Below are positions 1 through 8,503 of a DNA stretch of 24,181 nt, piece by piece. Origin of the DNA: Myxococcales bacterium (GTDB taxonomy: Bacteria; Myxococcota; Myxococcia; Myxococcales; Anaeromyxobacteraceae); NCBI GenBank assembly GCA_038320275.1, contig JBBQEB010000048.1, positions 1 to 24,181 of the forward strand, in the 5' to 3' direction. The notes beneath the pieces are model-generated. The model worked only from the letters and a program-made list of their open reading frames with translations. It made no database searches and had not been told where the DNA came from. Positions within the stretch are counted from its first letter, which is position 1. Each line of letters opens with the position of its first letter. The position numbers were made by a program, and so were the translations under genes.

Positions 1-1008
1 GAGGAGGGCGCCTTTCGCGCTCTCGTCGAGCGCTGGTTCTTCGACCTGGAGGAGGAGGCGCTGGGGCGGCCCGGCTTCCCCACCGGCGACGCGGCGGCGG
101 TGGCGAAGGCCGTGGGCGAGCTGCTCGAGGGGCGCCTCGCCAGGCTGTCGGCGCAGGAGCCCACCTTCGCCGCCGTGCTGCGCGCCATGCACGCCGCGCG
201 CATGACCGGCGATCCGGCCACCGCAGATGGCCTCCTCTCCTGGCTCATGGGGCAGCCCAACGTCGGCGCGGCGGTGACGCGAAAGGCGGGGGTGAAGGGC
301 GACCTCGACTCGCGTACCGCGGGCGGCTTTCTACGCGGGCTCCTGGCAGTACTGGCGCAGACCGGCCGGCGCGGGCTGCTCCTCGCGCTCGACGAGGTCG
401 AGACCGTGCAGCGCATGCGCAGCGACGTGCGCGAGAAGAGCCTCAACGCGCTGCGCCAGCTCGTCGACGAGGTGGACGGCGGGCGCTACCCCGGGCTCTA
501 CCTGCTCGTCACCGGCACCCCGGCCTTCTACGACGGTCCCCAGGGCGTGAAGCGCCTCCCTCCGCTGGCGCAGCGCCTCCACGTGGACTTCGGCCCCGAT
601 CCCGCGCTCGACTCCTCGCGCGCCGTCCAGATCCGGCTGCCCGCGTTCGACGAGGCCCGGCTGATGGAGGTGGGCCGGAAGGTCCGCGACCTTTACCCGG
701 TGAGCGACGCCGCTGCCGCCGCGCGGGTGGCCGAGCGGGTGGGCGACGACGCGGTGGCCGGCCTCGCCCGCAAGGTGGCCGGCGCGCTCGGCGGAAGGGT
801 GGGCGTCGCGCCGCGCGTGTTCCTGAAGAAGCTGGTGGGCGACGTGCTCGATCGCGTGGACGAGCACCCCGCCTTCGATCCCCGGGCCCACTACGAGCTC
901 GCGCTTTCCGCGGACGAGCTCACGCCGGAGGAGCGCGCTGCGGCGGGGATGGCGCGCACCGCGGACGAGATCGAGCTGGACCTGTCGGGCTCTGGCGAGA
1001 GGCAGTGA
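1..1008 (+). CDS. brxD: BREX system P-loop ATPase BrxD (DUF2791-type), 5'-truncated by the window edge
   Basis: Frame 1 is open from base 1 (EEGAFRALVERWFFDLEEE...) to TGA at 1006-1008. It has a Walker B 'LLLALDEVET' followed by 'REKSLNALRQLVD' and 'LLVTGTPAFYDGPQGVKRLPPLAQRL', typical of BrxD, and lies directly upstream of an Lhr-like helicase. Walker A is outside the window. Confidence 0.88.
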   Translation, partial: EEGAFRALVERWFFDLEEEALGRPGFPTGDAAAVAKAVGELLEGRLARLSAQEPTFAAVLRAMHAARMTGDPATADGLLSWLMGQPNVGAAVTRKAGVKGDLDSRTAGGFLRGLLAVLAQTGRRGLLLALDEVETVQRMRSDVREKSLNALRQLVDEVDGGRYPGLYLLVTGTPAFYDGPQGVKRLPPLAQRLHVDFGPDPALDSSRAVQIRLPAFDEARLMEVGRKVRDLYPVSDAAAAARVAERVGDDAVAGLARKVAGALGGRVGVAPRVFLKKLVGDVLDRVDEHPAFDPRAHYELALSADELTPEERAAAGMARTADEIELDLSGSGERQ

Positions 1009-1068
1009 TAGGCTGAGCAGCGCGTCGAGGAGCTCTCCGAAGCAGATTTGCAGAGGTGCGTGGCGCAC

Positions 1069-3132
1069 ATGCCGGCTCCGTTCGACCTCCTCTCTCCCGC
1101 GATGCAGTTCCAGATCGTCAACGGTCTGGGCTTCTCCTCGCTCCGCCCGGTGCAGGAGCTCGCGATCGCGCCGGTGGTCGCGGGCAAAAACTGCGTGGTG
1201 CTGGCGCCCACCGCCGGCGGCAAGACCGAGGCGGCCTTCTTTCCGCTCCTGTCGCAGATGGATCGGCTCGACTGGAGGCCGCTCTCGCTCCTGTACGTCG
1301 CCCCTATCAAGGCGCTACTCAACGACCAGGAGCATCGCCTGTCACGCTATGCGGCGCTCCTCGGCCGGCGCGCGGCCGTGTGGCACGGCGACGTCGGCCC
1401 GGGCCAGCGCCGCGCCTTCCTGGCCGAGCCCAGCGACCTGTTGCTCACCACTCCCGAGTCGCTGGAAGTGATGCTGATGAGCCCGTCGGTGCCGGCCCGC
1501 CGCCTCTTTGCCACGCTTCGAGCGGTGGTGGTGGACGAGGCGCACGCCTTCGCCGGCGACGACCGCGGCGTGCACCTGGCGGCGGTGCTGGAGCGCCTCG
1601 CGCGCATCTCCGGCCATGATCTGCAGCGAATCGCCCTCTCGGCCACGGTGGGGAATCCCGAGGCCGTACTGGGCTGGCTCGCTGGCGGCTCCCGCCGGGA
1701 GGGGGAGGTGATTTGTGCGCCGGCGGCGGAAGCGGCTCCGGAGGTCGCGCTCGACTTCGTCGCGAACCACGCCAATGCCGCGCGGGTGGTGATGGAGCTG
1801 CACCCCGGCTCGAAGCGGCTCGTCTTCGTGGACAGCAGACGCGGGGTCGAGCAGGTGGGCAGCGCGCTGCGCCAAGCCGGCCTGGAGACCTTCGTCACCC
1901 ACTCCTCCCTGGCGCTCGACGAGCGGCGGGGCGCCGAGCGCGCCTTCGCCGAGGGCCGGAACTGCGCCATCGTGGCCACCAGCGCGCTCGAGCTGGGCAT
2001 CGACATCGGCGACCTCGACTACGTTTACCAGGTGGGCTGCCCCTCGACCGTGGCCGCCTTCCTCCAGCGCATGGGGCGGTCCGGCCGCCGGCCCGGCACC
2101 CGCGCCAACTTCACCTTCCTGGCCCTTGACGACGACGAGGCGGTCCAGGCGGCCGCGCTCCTGCGGCTCCATGCCCGCGGCTTCGTCGAGGCGGTGCGGC
2201 TGCCCCGCCGCGCCTACCACGTGCTCGCGCACCAGCTCATCGCGCTCGCCCTGCAGGAGGGAGGCTTGCCGGCGGGCGACGCCTGGGGCTGGATCGGCAC
2301 CGCCGCCGGGTTCGGCGAGGTGTCCGCGGAGGAGCGGCAGGCGCTCGTCGACCACATGTTGCGGGAGGAGATCCTCCACCTGGACGGAGGCCGCCTTTCG
2401 CTGGGCCGCCGGGGTGAACAGCTCTACGGCTTCAGGCACTTCATGGAGCTGTACGCGGTCTTCTCCTCGCCGCGGGTTTACACCGTCATGCACGGCGCCC
2501 AGGAGATCGGCACCGTGGAGGCCACGTTCATCCACGCTGGCAGCACCGAGCGGGTGGCCTTCACCCTGGGCGCGCGGACCTGGGCGGTGCTCTCCATCGA
2601 CGCTGCCCGCGGCGTGCTGCGCGTCGAGCCGGCGCTGCACAGCCGCCACGCGCGCTGGAGCGGCCGGCCGGTCCTGCTCGGTCCGGAGCTGTGCAACGCG
2701 GTCCGAGAGGTGCTCACCGATTCCACCGAGGATGCAGCCTGGACGCGCCGCGCCCGGGCGCGCATCGCGCAGGCGCGCGCGGAGCACGAATTCCTCGAGC
2801 CCACCGGCGAGACGCTGGTGCAGGAGAGCGGCGGCTACCGGCTCTGGAACTTCGCCGGAGGTCGCCACAACAACGTCCTCGCCGGCGCGCTGGAGGGGCT
2901 GCTCGGCGAGAACGTCACCACCGGAAACCTGTCCGTCGGTTTCCGCGACGGTGCGGGTCGAGGCGAGGTCGCGATCCGGCAGGCGCTGGACCGGCTTCGC
3001 ACCGAGGGGCGGCCCAGCCCTGCCGACGCGCTCGCCTACGCCGAGGGGCTGGATCGGGTCCGACTCTCCAAGTTCCAGCCTTGCCTGCCGCGGGAGCTGG
3101 AGGTGAGATACCTGGCGGAAGCGCTGACGTGA
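1069..3132 (+). CDS. brxHI: BREX-associated Lhr-like DEAH-box helicase BrxHI
   Basis: SF2 motifs: Q motif (LRPVQ), I APTAGGKT, Ia APIKAL, Ib TTPESL, II DEAH, III SAT, V ATSALELGIDIGD, VI QRMGRSGRR. C-terminal 'SKFQPCLP'. Follows brxD. ATG 1069 (MPAPFDLL) chosen over TTG 1048; GAGG lies upstream. Confidence 0.85.
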   Translation: MPAPFDLLSPAMQFQIVNGLGFSSLRPVQELAIAPVVAGKNCVVLAPTAGGKTEAAFFPLLSQMDRLDWRPLSLLYVAPIKALLNDQEHRLSRYAALLGRRAAVWHGDVGPGQRRAFLAEPSDLLLTTPESLEVMLMSPSVPARRLFATLRAVVVDEAHAFAGDDRGVHLAAVLERLARISGHDLQRIALSATVGNPEAVLGWLAGGSRREGEVICAPAAEAAPEVALDFVANHANAARVVMELHPGSKRLVFVDSRRGVEQVGSALRQAGLETFVTHSSLALDERRGAERAFAEGRNCAIVATSALELGIDIGDLDYVYQVGCPSTVAAFLQRMGRSGRRPGTRANFTFLALDDDEAVQAAALLRLHARGFVEAVRLPRRAYHVLAHQLIALALQEGGLPAGDAWGWIGTAAGFGEVSAEERQALVDHMLREEILHLDGGRLSLGRRGEQLYGFRHFMELYAVFSSPRVYTVMHGAQEIGTVEATFIHAGSTERVAFTLGARTWAVLSIDAARGVLRVEPALHSRHARWSGRPVLLGPELCNAVREVLTDSTEDAAWTRRARARIAQARAEHEFLEPTGETLVQESGGYRLWNFAGGRHNNVLAGALEGLLGENVTTGNLSVGFRDGAGRGEVAIRQALDRLRTEGRPSPADALAYAEGLDRVRLSKFQPCLPRELEVRYLAEALT

Positions 3133-3166
3133 TCCACGGTCGAAGCTCTCCTCCGCCCGCCTCGCC

Positions 3167-4795
3167 TCACTCCACCACCAGCGCCGTCACCGCGCCCGCG
3201 GGAACGTCGCTGCCGTCCACCAGCGGGGCCAGTTCCTCGGCCCGGCTCCGGGCCATGACGGCGAGCAGCGCTCCGGCCTCGCCGGCCGAGGTGAGCCGCG
3301 AATCGGGCGGCGCGTCCAGCACGGCCCGCGCGGAGGCGGGGAGCTCGACGAGCGGGATCGGCGCGGGAGCGAACGCCCGGCCGAGCAGCTCGTTCGCGCG
3401 GGCGGTGAGGTAGAGCGCCGCCAGGCGGGGAGAGGGCGGGGCCCCGACAGCCTGCGGCGCCGGCGGCGCGAGTCCGAGCGACGCCGCGAGCGAGGCCAGC
3501 CCCTCCGCCTGCCCGAGCGCCTCGGCGGTCCGGAGGAGCTCACCCGACGAGAGGAAGGGGCGGGGCTCGTAGACAGCCGCCTCCGGCGTGGCCCAGCGAT
3601 CGCGCGGCAGCTCCAGGCCCGGAACGTAGAGCGGCCGCCGCCGCGAGAGCGCCGCCAGCATCTCCCCCAGCGGCGCGTCGAGGAACGGACTCTCCCGCGA
3701 GCCGGCGCCCCCGGCGCCGAAGATCCGCTCCGCCCTCCAGCGCAGCGCCAGCACCCGCCCGAAGCCCCGCTGGAAGAGCGACTTCACCGCGGTGGTGGCG
3801 AGGATCTCCGCAGCCCGTCGCTCGTCGGAGCCGGCCGTCTCCTCCAATCCCAGCTCCACCAGGGCGCGTCCGGAGGTCACGGCGGCGCGCACCTCGTCGT
3901 GATCGCCCGGGTCCACCGCGTCCGCCACCAGGACCGCGTTGGCCGCGGTGACGAGCTCGAGCTCCAGGTGCTCGCGCTCTCCCTCCTGCAAGAGGGCGGC
4001 AGCGCGCGCCAGGAGCGAGCCGGTTCCCAGGCGCTCGATGAAGAAGCCGGGCGGCCTGTCCGGCGTGCCGGCGGGCTGCGAGGGCTTCGCCCCGGGGCGC
4101 GCGAACCAGGACAGCGCCTCGTCGAGCGACGGATAGCCGAGGTCGGCCATGCGCCCGGTTCGCCATCGGAGGGCGCTCTCCTCCAGCTCGCTGGGGAAGT
4201 CGGAGCGGATGGAGCCGATGAGCCGCATGGCGACGAAGGGGTCCTGGGCGAAGAGGTCGTCCACGAGCCCTCGCACCGCCAGGTACTCGGTGCCGTCCAC
4301 CAGGAACTCGAGGATGTGCTTGCCCTCCGGCGTCCGCATGAACTGCTCGTGCTCGATGTGCGGGTCCTCCTCCTCCTCGAGGTCGTGCACGCGCACCGCA
4401 TCACGCAGGAGGAGCGACACGAGCTCGGCGTCCAGGGCGGCGAGCTTCTGCCGCCAGCGCGCCTCAGCGCGATCGCTGCGCAACGCCCCGGCGCGGGCCG
4501 CGCGCAGCCAGGGCAGGATGCGCCGCGGCTGCACCTCGTGCCCCTTCCAGCCGGCGAGGTCGATGAAGGTGCGGAACTGCTGCGGGGTGGCGAGCTCGAC
4601 GATGGGCACGGCGTCGCCGAGCCCGATCTCGCGGACCGTGAGATACAGATCGTCGGCCGGGAGCGCGCGCACCAGCGCGGCCGGATCTTCCGCGTCGAGG
4701 ATGAGGTCGAGGCGCCGCTTCCCGGAAGCCGCGGCCAGCGCCCTCCGCGCCTTCGCCAGGGCGGCCGGGTCGATGGGTGCGGACGACTTCGCCAA
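3167..4795 (-). CDS. Conserved hypothetical protein, DUF6178-like
   Basis: 542-aa ORF with normal high-GC codon pattern. 'LVRALPADDLYLTVREIGLGD', 'TPQQFRTFIDL..W' and 'LEESALRWRTGRMADLGYP' resemble the deltaproteobacterial DUF6178 family. TTG start lies 4 nt after the rpmB stop. Confidence 0.72.
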   Translation of the reverse strand: MAKSSAPIDPAALAKARRALAAASGKRRLDLILDAEDPAALVRALPADDLYLTVREIGLGDAVPIVELATPQQFRTFIDLAGWKGHEVQPRRILPWLRAARAGALRSDRAEARWRQKLAALDAELVSLLLRDAVRVHDLEEEEDPHIEHEQFMRTPEGKHILEFLVDGTEYLAVRGLVDDLFAQDPFVAMRLIGSIRSDFPSELEESALRWRTGRMADLGYPSLDEALSWFARPGAKPSQPAGTPDRPPGFFIERLGTGSLLARAAALLQEGEREHLELELVTAANAVLVADAVDPGDHDEVRAAVTSGRALVELGLEETAGSDERRAAEILATTAVKSLFQRGFGRVLALRWRAERIFGAGGAGSRESPFLDAPLGEMLAALSRRRPLYVPGLELPRDRWATPEAAVYEPRPFLSSGELLRTAEALGQAEGLASLAASLGLAPPAPQAVGAPPSPRLAALYLTARANELLGRAFAPAPIPLVELPASARAVLDAPPDSRLTSAGEAGALLAVMARSRAEELAPLVDGSDVPAGAVTALVVE

Positions 4796-4799
4796 GGAA

Positions 4800-5018
4800 C
4801 TAGGCTGGCGCCGAGGCGGGCTTCATCCGCACGGCCTTCACGACTCGCCCTGCCTTGAGGCAGCGGGTGCAGACGCGGATGTGCGACACCGCGCCGTTCA
4901 CCAGCGCGCGGACCGAGCGCAGGTTGGGGAGCGAGCGCGTCTTCGTCTTGTTGTTGGCGTGGGAGACGTTGTTGCCGACCAGCGGCCCCTTCCCACACAG
5001 TTCGCAGCGGCGTGCCAT
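4800..5018 (-). CDS. rpmB: 50S ribosomal protein L28 (four-Cys, putative Zn-binding form), 72 aa
   Basis: [33 protein letters not shown]...[14 protein letters not shown] at 5018 with GAGGG upstream, TAG at 4800-4802. It forms the tail of the spurious 813-aa ORF in the track. Confidence 0.98.
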   Translation of the reverse strand: MARRCELCGKGPLVGNNVSHANNKTKTRSLPNLRSVRALVNGAVSHIRVCTRCLKAGRVVKAVRMKPASAPA

Positions 5019-5045
5019 GGCTGGAAACCCTCGAAAGAGCCGCCG

Positions 5046-5074
5046 GATATGACGGATCCCGGGGCCGAAAGCAA
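5046..5074 (-). promoter_or_regulatory. Putative sigma70-type promoter for rpmB
   Basis: Minus strand TTGCTT(5074-5069)-N17-CATATC(5051-5046), about 27 nt upstream of the rpmB ATG. Confidence 0.45.
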
Positions 5075-5083
5075 GGCCTACTT

Positions 5084-6622
5084 CTACCCCGTCTTCCGGC
5101 CGAGCAGGTCGCGCGCGGCCGCGGCGGCCTGCACGCCGGCGTGGAACTCGCCCTCGATGCCCAGCCCCGGGACCACCTCCCGGCCGGCGAAGAGGAGGTT
5201 CTTGTAGGGCGAGCGGCAAGGGAGGCCGGTGACCCCGAGCGTGATCTCGCGGACGGGTACGTAGAGGGGATGGGGCATGAGCCGCGAGCCGCGCCCGGTG
5301 CGGCGAGCCGCGAGCAGCGGCATCGACTCGTGCACCAGGTGTCGATCGTAGAAGGGGACCGCGTCGAGCACCGCGTCGCGCAGCTTCTTGCCGAGCAGCT
5401 CGACCGCCTCGCTGTCGCTGGCGCGCAGCCCCGCGGGCGCGAAGCCGCCGGCGCAGATCACCCGCTCGTCCGGAACGGCCTCGGCGACCCCCTTCCCGCG
5501 GTCGCGCCGGGCGGGGAGCACCTGGAGGAGGATGGCGTTCTCGAGGCCGTCGCCGCCGTCGGGATCGCGGAGCGAGAGGGCGTTGTCGCCCAGCGCGGGC
5601 GGGAGCGCGGAGGTGCGCACCACCACGTTGATGCACACGAGCTGCCGGCCGGTGACCACGGTCTCGAGCAGCCGCGCCGTCTTGGAGCGCTCCTCCTCGG
5701 AGGGGAGGAGCCGCTGCAGCGCGGGCGCGTCGGTCGCCGCCACGAACACGCGCGCCACCCACGAGTCGGGCGAGCCCGCGAGCCGCACGGCCGCCACCTT
5801 CCCGCCGTCCACCTCCAGGCGCTCGGCCACCGCGGTCGCCTCGTCGGCCGTGGCGGCGTCGCCCCGCACCTCGGCGCGGCGGCGCAGGAGCTCCCGCAGG
5901 TGCTGGTACGAGCCCGGGAGCTTGTAGGTGCCGCGCAGGAGCGAGCCCAGGAGGCGCGTGGTGGCGAAGGGTGCCGTCGGCCCGTCGAGGTAGCCGAGGA
6001 ACCGCTGCGCGATGGCGAGCGACGACGCCAGGGGATGGCCCTCCAGCTCGGCGAGCGGCGAGACGCGCTCCAGATCCTCGCCCTCCGCTCCCGGCGCGTT
6101 CCCGGCGAAGCGCAGGGCCTTGCCCACTGCCCTCCGCTCCCCGAAGCCGTCGGGAGGAAGCGGAGGAAGCGCCTTCAGGAAGGGGCTCGAGGCGTCGAAG
6201 GCGCGACCGAGCCGGGCGAATCCAGCCTCCAGCCGCTCCGCCTCGTGCGGCCACTCGCGCCGGAGCTCCTGCATGCGGCGCGCGCCGTCGTGGGTGATGT
6301 CCACCCGATGGCGGGGGAGCAAGATCTGGAGGTCGGGCGAGCAGGGCTCGAGCTGCCGGACGAGGTCGGTGGCGAGGCCGAGCTCGGTCAGCGCCAGCTC
6401 CGCGGCCGGGAGGAGCCGCGGTCCGGGGAGGACGGCGGGGGCGTAGGGCAGCAGGTACCCGCCATCCTCGTAGGCCGCGCCCACCCCGTCGTGGTCGACG
6501 TGAAGCACGCGGTAGCCGCGGCGGGCGAGGAGGGCGCCCGCCACCGCCCCGCCGAGCTGCGACCCCACCACGCAGACGTCGTAGATGCGCTGGGTCGCGG
6601 GGGGCTTGAAGGTGCTGGCCAC
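5084..6622 (-). CDS. FAD/NAD(P)-binding oxidoreductase, phytoene desaturase (CrtI)-like fold
   Basis: N-terminal '[30 protein letters not shown]' dinucleotide-binding segment and C-terminal '[21 protein letters not shown]'. GTG start with GAGGT upstream, 9 nt after the purN stop. Confidence 0.78.
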   Translation of the reverse strand: MASTFKPPATQRIYDVCVVGSQLGGAVAGALLARRGYRVLHVDHDGVGAAYEDGGYLLPYAPAVLPGPRLLPAAELALTELGLATDLVRQLEPCSPDLQILLPRHRVDITHDGARRMQELRREWPHEAERLEAGFARLGRAFDASSPFLKALPPLPPDGFGERRAVGKALRFAGNAPGAEGEDLERVSPLAELEGHPLASSLAIAQRFLGYLDGPTAPFATTRLLGSLLRGTYKLPGSYQHLRELLRRRAEVRGDAATADEATAVAERLEVDGGKVAAVRLAGSPDSWVARVFVAATDAPALQRLLPSEEERSKTARLLETVVTGRQLVCINVVVRTSALPPALGDNALSLRDPDGGDGLENAILLQVLPARRDRGKGVAEAVPDERVICAGGFAPAGLRASDSEAVELLGKKLRDAVLDAVPFYDRHLVHESMPLLAARRTGRGSRLMPHPLYVPVREITLGVTGLPCRSPYKNLLFAGREVVPGLGIEGEFHAGVQAAAAARDLLGRKTG

Positions 6623-6631
6623 GGGGGACCT

Positions 6632-7303
6632 CTACACTTCGCAGGGGGAGTGGAGCGTGCCTTCGGCGGGCCGAGCGCCGCGCACCGTGACGCGCCGCCC
6701 TTCGAGGGCGAGCCGCCCCTGCGCGTACCAGGCGACGGCGAGCGGGTAGATGCGGTGCTCCTCCACCAGGGTGCGCGCGGCGAGCGCCGTCTCGTCGTCG
6801 CCGGGGAGCACCGGCACGACCGCCTGCGCGATGACGGGTCCGGTGTCGGTGCCCTCGTCCACGAAGTGTGCGGTGCATCCGGAGAACCGCGCGCCGTAGG
6901 CGAGGGCCTGCCGCGGCGCGTGCAGGCCGGGGAAGGACGGGAGCAGCCCGGGGTGGATGTTCACGATGCGTGGACAGCCGCGGGAGGCCGGGGTGGGGCC
7001 GAAGCGACGGACGAAGGCGGGCCCCAGGAGCCGCATGTATCCCGCCAGGCAGACGAGGTCGGGCCGGTGGCGCTCGACGGCGGCGGCGAGGGCCGAGTCG
7101 TAGGCCTCCCGATCTGCGACGCCCTGGGAGGGCAGGAGCTCGAGGGCGGTCCCGGCCTTGCGGGCGCGGTCGAGGGCGCCCGCGCCGGGGACGTTGCACA
7201 CCACCGCCTCCACGCGCCCGGGGATGCGCCCCTCGGAGCACGCGTCGAGGAGGGCCTGGAGGTTCGTTCCGCTGCCGGACGCGAGCACCGCGATCCGGAT
7301 CAC
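6632..7303 (-). CDS. purN: Phosphoribosylglycinamide formyltransferase
   Basis: [68 protein letters not shown] start at 7303 overlaps the purM TGA (GTGA). Confidence 0.97.
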   Translation of the reverse strand: MIRIAVLASGSGTNLQALLDACSEGRIPGRVEAVVCNVPGAGALDRARKAGTALELLPSQGVADREAYDSALAAAVERHRPDLVCLAGYMRLLGPAFVRRFGPTPASRGCPRIVNIHPGLLPSFPGLHAPRQALAYGARFSGCTAHFVDEGTDTGPVIAQAVVPVLPGDDETALAARTLVEEHRIYPLAVAWYAQGRLALEGRRVTVRGARPAEGTLHSPCEV

Positions 7304-8334
7304 CGCACGACCTCGCAGACCGCTTCGCCCGACCCGGCCTCGATCCCGCCCACGACGAAGCTCGGGACGCCCCGCTCCTCCAGCAGGCGACGCGCTGCGG
7401 GCACGTCGGCGGGGGCGACCACCGCCACCATGCCGAGGCCCATGTTGAAGGTGGCCACCATCTCCTCCCAGGCCACCTCGCCCTCGCGCGCGACCAGGTC
7501 GAAGATGGGGGGGCGGGGCCAGCTCCGGGCGTTCAGCACCGCCCGGGTGCCCTGGGGGAGGTTGCGGGGCACGTTGCCGGGCAGCCCGCCGCCGGTGACG
7601 TGCGCGAAGGCCTTCACCCGCACCGCGTCGAGCAGCGCCAGGAGATCCTTCGCGTAGATGCGCGTCGGCTCGAGCAGCGCGTCGGCGAGGGTCTTTCCGC
7701 CAAGCTCGGGCGGGCTCCAGGCGAGGGAATGCCGCTCCAGCAGCGCGCGGCGGGCCAGCGCGAAGCCGTTGGAGTGGAGGCCCGAGGAGGGGAGCCCGAG
7801 CACGACGTCGCCCCGCTCCACGGCGGTGCCGTCCACGATCCGGGAGCGCTCGACGCAGCCGACCGCGAAGCCGGCCAGATCGTACTTTCCGCCTGCGTAG
7901 AAGCCGGGCAGCTCCGCGGTCTCGCCGCCGATGAGCGCGCACCCCGCCTGGCGGCAGCCCTCCGCGATTCCCCGCACCACCTCCGCGCCCTCTTCCGCCC
8001 GCAGCTTGCCGGTGGCGAAGTAGTCGAGAAAAAAGAGCGGCTCGGCGCCGACCACGGCCACGTCGTTCACGCACATGGCCACGAGATCGATGCCCACCGT
8101 GCCGTGTCTGCCGGAGGCGAAGGCGACCTCGAGCTTCGTGCCCACGCCGTCCGTGCCCGAGACGAGCACCGGCTCCTTCCAGCGCGCGAGGTCGAGCGCG
8201 AAGAGCCCGCCGAAGCCGCCGATGCCGGCCAGCACCTCCTTGCGCAAGGTGGGCTTCGCGAGCGGCTTGATGAGCTCGACGAGCCTGTCGCCCTCGTCGA
8301 TGTCCACGCCGGCATCGCGGTAGGTGAGGGCCAT
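7300..8334 (-). CDS. purM: Phosphoribosylformylglycinamidine cyclo-ligase (AIR synthase)
   Basis: [76 protein letters not shown] at 8334. Confidence 0.98.
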   Translation of the reverse strand: MALTYRDAGVDIDEGDRLVELIKPLAKPTLRKEVLAGIGGFGGLFALDLARWKEPVLVSGTDGVGTKLEVAFASGRHGTVGIDLVAMCVNDVAVVGAEPLFFLDYFATGKLRAEEGAEVVRGIAEGCRQAGCALIGGETAELPGFYAGGKYDLAGFAVGCVERSRIVDGTAVERGDVVLGLPSSGLHSNGFALARRALLERHSLAWSPPELGGKTLADALLEPTRIYAKDLLALLDAVRVKAFAHVTGGGLPGNVPRNLPQGTRAVLNARSWPRPPIFDLVAREGEVAWEEMVATFNMGLGMVAVVAPADVPAARRLLEERGVPSFVVGGIEAGSGEAVCEVVR

Positions 8335-8341
8335 GCTCGCC

Positions 8342-8370
8342 CGCTTACCGCGCCGGGGGATCGGGCGCAA
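8342..8370 (-). promoter_or_regulatory. Putative promoter for purM operon, probably leaderless
   Basis: Minus strand TTGCGC-N17-TAAGCG-N7-ATG(8334); no Shine-Dalgarno before the ATG. Confidence 0.5.
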
Positions 8371-8409
8371 GCCGCGCGCGAGCGGGCGTGGTCTCCCGGC
8401 CGGGCGGCG

Positions 8410-8438
8410 TTGACACCCGCCGGCCTCACCGGTAAGCG
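8410..8438 (+). promoter_or_regulatory. Putative sigma70-type promoter for folC
   Basis: Perfect TTGACA(8410-8415)-N17-TAAGCG(8433-8438), divergent from the purM promoter and with the same GGTAAGCG -10 context. Confidence 0.55.
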
Positions 8439-8503
8439 CACCTCGCCGCGCGGCCTCCCGCGCGCGACGGCCTGGGCGCGAAGGAGCGCTTTCCCCGAGT
8501 CCC

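Noticed and set aside
3130..3170. Selenocysteine readthrough of the brxHI TGA
   Set aside because: No SECIS-like hairpin follows, the position is not a catalytic Cys site, and readthrough would run antisense into the next gene.
8371..8503. ZTP (pfl) or THF riboswitch between purM and folC, prompted by 'GCCTGGGC'
   Set aside because: The 5' ZTP core (GACUGGCG...GGUGG...CCAC) is absent and the leader does not match the THF aptamer pattern as I know it. An Rfam scan would be decisive.
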